64,000 nucleotides of DNA from a virus, in the IMG/VR virus record IMGVR_UViG_3300024350_000006. One strand, given 5' to 3'. The position numbers and the translations under genes were made by a program. Positions 58,458 through 64,000 of the stretch are shown here, in pieces. How positions within the stretch are numbered: the stretch's first letter is position 1; the number at the start of each line of letters is the position of its first letter. The notes under the pieces were generated by a model. The model saw only the letters and a list, made by a program, of their open reading frames with translations. It was not told the origin of the DNA and searched no databases.

Positions 58458-58733
58458 AAGGTGTTCTGGACCCCGGTTCGACCCCGGGCAGGTCCACCAG
58501 AAGCATTCTCCTCAAGTATCTGATGACAATCGTTCAGGGGACGAGAAAGAGTTTAGAGTGCTTCTGATGGGCCTGAATTTGGTTTCGACAGGGCACGGAG
58601 TAAGGATATGGACAACACGGTAGGCGATCTCCGTAAAAGAAGCAAATCTATAACTGCAAACGCAGCTAATGACGAGGTCTTTGCTCTAGCAGCATAACCT
58701 CTGGGGCAACTATGCCTTATTACCCAAAATAGT
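58458..58733 (+). ncRNA. ssrA: Circularly permuted (two-piece) tmRNA
   Basis: T-arm CCCGG-TTCGAC-CCCGGG and CAGGTCC-A-CCA (ends 58499) precede the 5' acceptor strand GGGCCTG (58569-58575); G3.U70 pair; tag frame 58656-58697 ANAANDEVFALAA*; 5' boundary approximate. Confidence 0.93.
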
Positions 58734-58759
58734 ATAGGGACTTCGGTCCCTATTTTTTT
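58734..58759 (+). terminator. tmRNA terminator
   Basis: ATAGGGAC-TTCG-GTCCCTAT-TTTTTT. Confidence 0.88.
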
Positions 58760-58791
58760 GAATAAATACTGTAACAAATGCCCAGACCTAA

Positions 58792-59436
58792 ATGAAAAAA
58801 ACAGTAGCATTATTTGTACATCAACCACGATGCTGTATAGAGAGTGTGAATGGTATCCTAAGTGCTCTGGGTAACGATTATAAGTTCAAAATTTTCACAC
58901 GCCACGAAGTAGACGATGATTTTTTTGACGACGTAGATCTTTTCTGTGTGCCCGGAGGTGTTGGTGACAGTGATAGCTGGGACTGGTTAATGGACTACCA
59001 TATTGATCTCATACAAAGCTATTTAAATCGCAAGGGTAAGTATTTGGGAATATGTATGGGGGCCTACTGGGCTGATAGTTACTATTTTAATATCCTCAAG
59101 GACATAGAAGTGCATCAATATATAAAACGCCCGAATGCAGATACTCGTAGGCCACACGCCAAGGCTCAACCAGTTCGCTGGCGTGGCGAAAATCTAAAAA
59201 TGTATTTTTACGATGGCTGCGCCTTCTCTGGACCAGGTGTTGTAAACAGTGAAATTTGGGCTACCTACCCCAATGGTGACCCAATGGCACTTATACAGGG
59301 TAATGTAGGTGTAATAGGATGTCATCCCGAGAGTGAGCAAAGTTGGTATGATGACTATAGCTGGCTACCCAGACACTGGCACAACAAATATCATCATAAA
59401 CTTTTATTGGCCTTTGTAAATAGGCTAATTAAATGA
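58792..59436 (+). CDS. Class I glutamine-amidotransferase-like (BPL_N-type) protein
   Basis: CVPGGVG, YLGICMGAY, GCHPE. Confidence 0.75.
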   Translation: MKKTVALFVHQPRCCIESVNGILSALGNDYKFKIFTRHEVDDDFFDDVDLFCVPGGVGDSDSWDWLMDYHIDLIQSYLNRKGKYLGICMGAYWADSYYFNILKDIEVHQYIKRPNADTRRPHAKAQPVRWRGENLKMYFYDGCAFSGPGVVNSEIWATYPNGDPMALIQGNVGVIGCHPESEQSWYDDYSWLPRHWHNKYHHKLLLAFVNRLIK

Positions 59437-60089
59437 GTCACTATGAAGTAAATTGGACCTATCGACACACTTTAGTTGATAAGGAAAAGCTACCAATTAT
59501 CTATCGTGAGTTAAGGTACCTCTGGGACTTTTTAAGAGAGGATACCGCTGTTTTAAAATCTCGTTTTTATTTTGCACCTTTTGACGATATTTTTCAACGT
59601 ATTTGTAAAACTTTGTGTGTTGAACTTAGACGTTTACGTCTCTATGAATTTTGTACTGGTACTGGATATTTTGCTGTTCCTCCGGGAAAAATGACTCCCA
59701 TACATATTGACCAGGGGTATAATTATGTACTTAATTTTCCTGTGATAAATTGTAGTAATTCCTACACCGTCTGGTATAATGATGTAGAACAGATAACCTG
59801 CACCTCCGTTAATTCCTACGTAGAAGAAGATACAATTTTGTATAAAGGTCACAGAACAAATGCCACAACAGAAAGATTAAAAGCAGCAGCAAATATTCCC
59901 TATTTTAAACTTGATCGTAAAAAGGAAATAGATAGAGTAGACAGTAATCAACCACTCTGGATAAATGGATCTATACCACATAGACCCGAGGTGCAACATC
60001 TAGAGTTTAGATTAATGGCCACCTTGAGATTTACTCCTTTACCTAGAGAAATATTTTTTAAAAACACAGGTATAGATCTGGGGGATTAA
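59433..60089 (+). CDS. Cupin/2OG-oxygenase-like hypothetical protein
   Basis: PIHID (HxD), LNFPVINC..SYTVWY, PHR, R...LRF. Confidence 0.5.
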   Translation: MSHYEVNWTYRHTLVDKEKLPIIYRELRYLWDFLREDTAVLKSRFYFAPFDDIFQRICKTLCVELRRLRLYEFCTGTGYFAVPPGKMTPIHIDQGYNYVLNFPVINCSNSYTVWYNDVEQITCTSVNSYVEEDTILYKGHRTNATTERLKAAANIPYFKLDRKKEIDRVDSNQPLWINGSIPHRPEVQHLEFRLMATLRFTPLPREIFFKNTGIDLGD

Positions 60090-60092
60090 TAT

Positions 60093-60724
60093 ATGCCATA
60101 CAAAGATTATAGCTGGACTTATTTGGGCTGCGCTGTTGAAAACAACGTAAAAAATAAGATTCAAAAAGAATTAAAAAATGTTTGGATAAATTTGTGTTAA
60201 ATTTAAATATTACAACTTGTAGATTTTTTTATAATGCTTATGACAATTATATTAGGGAAAGATGTCCCACATTATGTTTATTTTTAAAAGATAAAGAAAT
60301 AGATAAAATAACAACTGGGATAGGTTTTATGGCAGTTCCACCAGGTAGTTATACTCCTTTGCATATCGATCTAGGTGCTTGCCCTATAGTGCTAGGTCTC
60401 CCTGTTATAAATTGTGAAAAAAGTTATACAGTTTGGTATAAAGATCCGCCACCACTTAAATTACCTAAAGTTCTAGATTGCCTACAATCAGACAGTATGC
60501 TTGGTAATCCAGAAGATGGGGAATGGCACTATCTTAATACTAGCGTTACAACTAGCAGTGTTCCCTATTTTGAAATTATACCCGAATTAGAAATGGCTAG
60601 AGTCGAAAGTACTAATTTTAGCTGGCAGAATTCTGGTATTCCACATAGGGCTGAGGTTAACTGCAATAAATTAAGGGTTTTCGCAACTCTAAGATTTGAT
60701 AGATACCCTCCATCTTTGTCTTAA
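60093..60724 (+). pseudogene. Paralog of 59433 split by a -1 frameshift near 60173-60186
   Basis: 60093..60200 matches the paralog N-terminus (WTY..ELKNVW); the rest is in the -1 frame (PLHID, PVINCEKSYTVWY, PHR). Confidence 0.65.
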
Positions 60725-60805
60725 TTAGACCTAACCTTTTCAAATTATTTGACAGTGGGGATATTTTAAGTTATACTAGGCTATCAACTAATTTACAAAT
60801 AACCA

Positions 60806-61873
60806 ATGAGCTATTTTCTAAAATCTGGTAATACCTTTAGAGTGTCTAGTCGTGAAGCACTGGATCTGCACGAGAGTCTACCCACCGCGACCTACGTGGT
60901 CAAGTATGACGACCTACGCAATATGTTCTATCTTGAGTCTATAGATAATTTTGAACTTGCGGCACGTAGCTACGGCGATAACAATCGTAATGCAGAACGC
61001 ATTCTAGACACCTTCCTTAAAAGACCCAACACCACTGGTGTGTTGTTAACTGGCGAAAAAGGCAGCGGAAAAACCCTACTAGCCAAGACAGTTTGTGTAC
61101 GTGCTGCTGAAGCAGATGTGCCCACTATTGTGGTTAACACTGACTTTGCTGGTGATGGGTTTAATAGTTTCATCCAAAGTATTGAGCAGCCCTGTGTTAT
61201 CCTGTTTGACGAATTTGAGAAAGTCTATGACAGCGACAAGCAGCAACATATTCTCACTCTACTAGATGGTGTGTTCCATACCAAGAAGCTGTTTATCCTT
61301 ACCTGTAATGATAAGTGGCGTATTGATCATCATATGCGCAATCGTCCAGGACGCATCTACTATATGCTGGACTTCCGTGGATTAGAAACAGAATTTATTC
61401 GAGAGTACTGCCAGGACAACCTGAAAGATAAATCACATATAGAAAACATCTGTGACATTGCTAGTTTATTCAACGAATTTAATTTTGATATGCTCAAGGC
61501 TTTAGTAGAAGAAGTTAACCGTTATGGTGAAGATCCTCAGACTGCCCTGCGTATGCTCAACATTAAACCTGAATTTGACAGTGGTAATAATTACAGTGTC
61601 AAACTACAGGTAGCTGGTGAAGAGATTGACGCTGAAAAACTAGAATCAACCACCTGGCACGGCAACCCTCTGCAGAACAATATACAACTAGACTACAAGG
61701 TTGTGGATATGGAAAATGACGAATGGGACTGGGAACGTGTTCGATTTAGTCATACTAATCTACTTAAAATTGATCCCAATCAGGGTCGATTTGTGTTTAC
61801 TGACGAAAAGGGCAGTGTACTAACGCTTACCAAAGTCAAAGAGAAAAAATACAACTACTACGCGGCATTTTAA
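60806..61873 (+). CDS. AAA+ ATPase
   Basis: GEKGSGKT, ILFDEFEK, LTCN, RNRPGRI; promoter TTGACA-N17-TATACT at 60749-60777. Confidence 0.92.
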   Translation: MSYFLKSGNTFRVSSREALDLHESLPTATYVVKYDDLRNMFYLESIDNFELAARSYGDNNRNAERILDTFLKRPNTTGVLLTGEKGSGKTLLAKTVCVRAAEADVPTIVVNTDFAGDGFNSFIQSIEQPCVILFDEFEKVYDSDKQQHILTLLDGVFHTKKLFILTCNDKWRIDHHMRNRPGRIYYMLDFRGLETEFIREYCQDNLKDKSHIENICDIASLFNEFNFDMLKALVEEVNRYGEDPQTALRMLNIKPEFDSGNNYSVKLQVAGEEIDAEKLESTTWHGNPLQNNIQLDYKVVDMENDEWDWERVRFSHTNLLKIDPNQGRFVFTDEKGSVLTLTKVKEKKYNYYAAF

Positions 61874-61876
61874 TGA

Positions 61877-62070
61877 GTTCTCAGTGATGTCGCTACACTT
61901 AATCAAGAGCGAACGGTGACCACTTATGTGAAATGTGGTTCGGATTGGTTGTCTGAGGTTGGGTGCATAAATCCTTTGACTCGAAGAAGGTGGCACGGCG
62001 AAAGAAATTTCGCACCGAATGCAAAAACCCGGCAGGTGGAGTCGTTAGGCTGTGAGGAAGTGATGGGAAC
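61877..62070 (+). ncRNA. Candidate ~195-nt multibranched structured RNA (family unassigned)
   Basis: Closing stem GTTCTCA/TGGGAAC plus five internal helices, one with a GAAA tetraloop. Confidence 0.5.
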
Positions 62071-62077
62071 AACACAG

Positions 62078-63091
62078 TTATACATCTTTTCCGCAGTATT
62101 TGTCGCAGATCATCATTCTACCTTGCGCATAGGTAGGTTGAGACCAAGATTCTTGAACTTTATGGAACCATTTAACAGTGTGTTCCGTGGGATAGACTGT
62201 TGCATCGTTTTCCGTGGCTAGTGCCGCTATCTGTTTGTTAATTTTTTCGTGCCAGAGATTTTTACCAAACGTTTTAGGGAAGCTGCCAGTATAACAACAG
62301 GGATAGACTTCGCCATTGGCTGCTATGAAGATACCACTATGTTGTACAGTATCACATACTATTTTGTCCCTGGGTTTAACATATAATTCGGCATCTCTTA
62401 CAGGTATGTTGTTTTTAACATTATACTTAAAATTTTCTAGTGTATTGGTATGATCTTCATTATTGAAATTGTCAACCACGTGTAATAGTTTACCTTCTTT
62501 ATCGTAGGTAGGCATATTTGAACCGTAGCTGGGACGAGTAATAAATTTAAAGCCGTGTTGATGAGCGAGTTGTTCACATTGATCTATTTGATGTTTGTTA
62601 TGTGAAAAGACAGTAAGTTTCCAAACTGCTGTGCCACCACTGGCTCTAAATATGTCAGCATTTTTTATAATCTGACGCCAGCTGGTGTTTTGGCGATAGA
62701 GATGATGTGTATCTTCCAGTCCATCGAGACAGAATTCTACAGTAATTTTAAGTCGTCCCAGACGCTGCCAGAATTCTCTATCGCGACCACTGCCGTTGGT
62801 GCTACACACAATATAGAGTCTGGGATTGATGCTTAAAAAATATTCCACTATTTCTGGTGTTTCGGGATTCATTATCATATCACCAAAGTTACCGCTTATT
62901 TGGATATGGTTCAATTGATTAAGAAACAGTGGAGTAAAAATTTTTTTGGTTTGCTCTAGTGTGAGATTGGTTTCAGGATAACCGCCATTGTAGGGATATC
63001 CACCAAAATTTCTAGGACAACCAGGACAACGTGCATTGCAAAAACTAGAAAGTTCTAGATGAACACTTGTTATATTACTAAATTCTATCAT
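62078..63091 (-). CDS. Radical SAM protein with C-terminal SPASM/twitch motif
   Basis: CNARCPGC, SGNFGD, STNG, LDGL, GEVYPCC; minus-strand TATAAATA just upstream. Confidence 0.9.
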   Translation of the reverse strand: MIEFSNITSVHLELSSFCNARCPGCPRNFGGYPYNGGYPETNLTLEQTKKIFTPLFLNQLNHIQISGNFGDMIMNPETPEIVEYFLSINPRLYIVCSTNGSGRDREFWQRLGRLKITVEFCLDGLEDTHHLYRQNTSWRQIIKNADIFRASGGTAVWKLTVFSHNKHQIDQCEQLAHQHGFKFITRPSYGSNMPTYDKEGKLLHVVDNFNNEDHTNTLENFKYNVKNNIPVRDAELYVKPRDKIVCDTVQHSGIFIAANGEVYPCCYTGSFPKTFGKNLWHEKINKQIAALATENDATVYPTEHTVKWFHKVQESWSQPTYAQGRMMICDKYCGKDV

Positions 63092-63239
63092 AGAGATATT
63101 TATAGGCGTAGTTTTTAATAAAAAGATTCTATAAAGTCCATTAAAAAATAAAATGGAAAACCTATTGAAAATGCTTGATTTATAGGTTAAATAAAAGTAT
63201 AATATTTTATCGATTAATTTTTACATAAGGAGAAACTTA

Positions 63240-63773
63240 ATGAAAACCGTAGGACATAAAATTGAGAAGTTTGCAGTAACTGGCGTTAATCCCGGTCGAG
63301 ATGATTTCTTTACCATCACTGATGAATCATTTGCCGGCAAGTGGAAAGTAATTGTTTACTATCCAAAAGATTTTACTTTCGTATGCCCAACTGAAATCGT
63401 AGCATACGATAAACTATTCCAGGACTTTGCTGACCGTGACGCAGTATTGCTAACAGGTAGTACAGACAATGAGTTCTGTAAACTAGCCTGGCAAGCAGCA
63501 CAAGAAGATCTAAAAAAGATCAAACACATTCAGTTTGCTGACACACAGCGTGGTGAGTTAAGCCTAATCGAGCAACTAGGTGTATTCTATGCACCAGCAG
63601 GTGCAGCTCTACGTGCCACATTTATTGTTGATCCCGACAACGTTATCCAGCACGTTACTGTCAATAACTTGAACGTGGGCCGTAGCCCAGAAGAAACACT
63701 TCGTGTTCTTGATGCACTACAGACCGGCGAACTATGTGCCTGCAATCGCACAGTTGGCGGCGAAACACTGTAA
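63240..63773 (+). CDS. ahpC: 2-Cys peroxiredoxin AhpC
   Basis: YPKDFTFVCPTE, RATFIVDP, VGRS.EE.LR, second Cys; promoter TTGATT-N17-TATAAT at 63175-63203. Confidence 0.95.
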   Translation: MKTVGHKIEKFAVTGVNPGRDDFFTITDESFAGKWKVIVYYPKDFTFVCPTEIVAYDKLFQDFADRDAVLLTGSTDNEFCKLAWQAAQEDLKKIKHIQFADTQRGELSLIEQLGVFYAPAGAALRATFIVDPDNVIQHVTVNNLNVGRSPEETLRVLDALQTGELCACNRTVGGETL

Positions 63774-63950
63774 GGTAAACTATGAAGCCAGTATTAATAC
63801 AAACTTTAATAAAGAAAATGCGTGGACGCATCAGTAACCTACCAATGCCCAATGCTGTGGAAATTCCCACCAGACGGGATAGATCGGGTACATTTATAAT
63901 AGTTTTTTTAGTACTGGCATTAATTGCTACTATTTTAATTTGAGGTTGTT

Positions 63951-64000
63951 ATGTTAGAATGTCTTATTCTAGGAGACAGCATTGCCAAGGGTATAAGTGA
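63951..64000 (+). CDS. 5' end of a possible SGNH/GDSL-like protein (truncated)
   Basis: GAGG RBS; MLECLILGDSIA. Confidence 0.45.
   Translation, partial: MLECLILGDSIAKGIS

Noticed and set aside
58465-58499. Standalone tRNA gene
   Set aside because: Only a T-arm and 3' acceptor strand are present; the 5' strand lies downstream, as expected for a permuted tmRNA.
58519-58550. Hammerhead ribozyme (CTGATGA...GAAA) in the tmRNA intervening segment
   Set aside because: Stem II does not abut the core and no stem I can be formed.
61877-62070. RNase P RNA (AAAACCCGGC and GAGGAAG resemble conserved regions)
   Set aside because: The elements are in the wrong order, P4 pairing is absent and the region is too short.
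61916-62221. 101-aa + strand ORF
   Set aside because: No RBS; it overlaps the convergent radical SAM gene and the structured-RNA candidate.
278-63870. Most other short minus-strand or nested ORFs in the track
   Set aside because: They overlap well-supported + strand genes and lack RBS or recognisable motifs.
1-64000. Stop-codon reassignment
   Set aside because: Conserved genes are intact in the standard code, and TAA, TAG and TGA are all used as real stops.
1-64000. Bacterial chromosome origin, IS elements, introns or inteins
   Set aside because: Host-like genes are isolated among phage structural and hypothetical genes. No transposase, integrase or homing endonuclease was recognised, and nrdB is uninterrupted.

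Overview
A 64-kb, AT-rich, mostly +-strand segment of a large tailed dsDNA phage, most consistent with a T4-like (Tevenvirinae-style) large or jumbo myophage. Support: NrdB and glutaredoxin, a PAAR spike, a tail-fibre/lectin block, recurrent TAAATA late-type promoters and near-consensus sigma70 early promoters. It carries many host-like auxiliary genes: bS21, a bL12-CTD-like protein, Hsp20, ClpS, ClpP, AhpC, UDP-glucose dehydrogenase, a GT2 glycosyltransferase, UvsE and three radical-SAM proteins. It also carries a circularly permuted (two-piece) tmRNA gene with tag ANAANDEVFALAA. The most striking unexplained structures are: (1) at 37.3-39.2 kb, an ATGA-chained array of tiny genes built from three nucleotide-conserved blocks flanking unrelated variable segments, alternating with unrelated cargo ORFs; (2) at 47.5-54.8 kb, a late cluster of multi-domain enzymes that all start with a peptide resembling the T4 capsid-targeting sequence and have L/I/V-x-E linkers between domains, suggesting protease-processed, virion-delivered polyproteins; (3) several structured ncRNA candidates and ROSE-like 5'UTRs; (4) apparent near-total avoidance of CATG. 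All family calls are from motif recognition by eye; no database searches were run.
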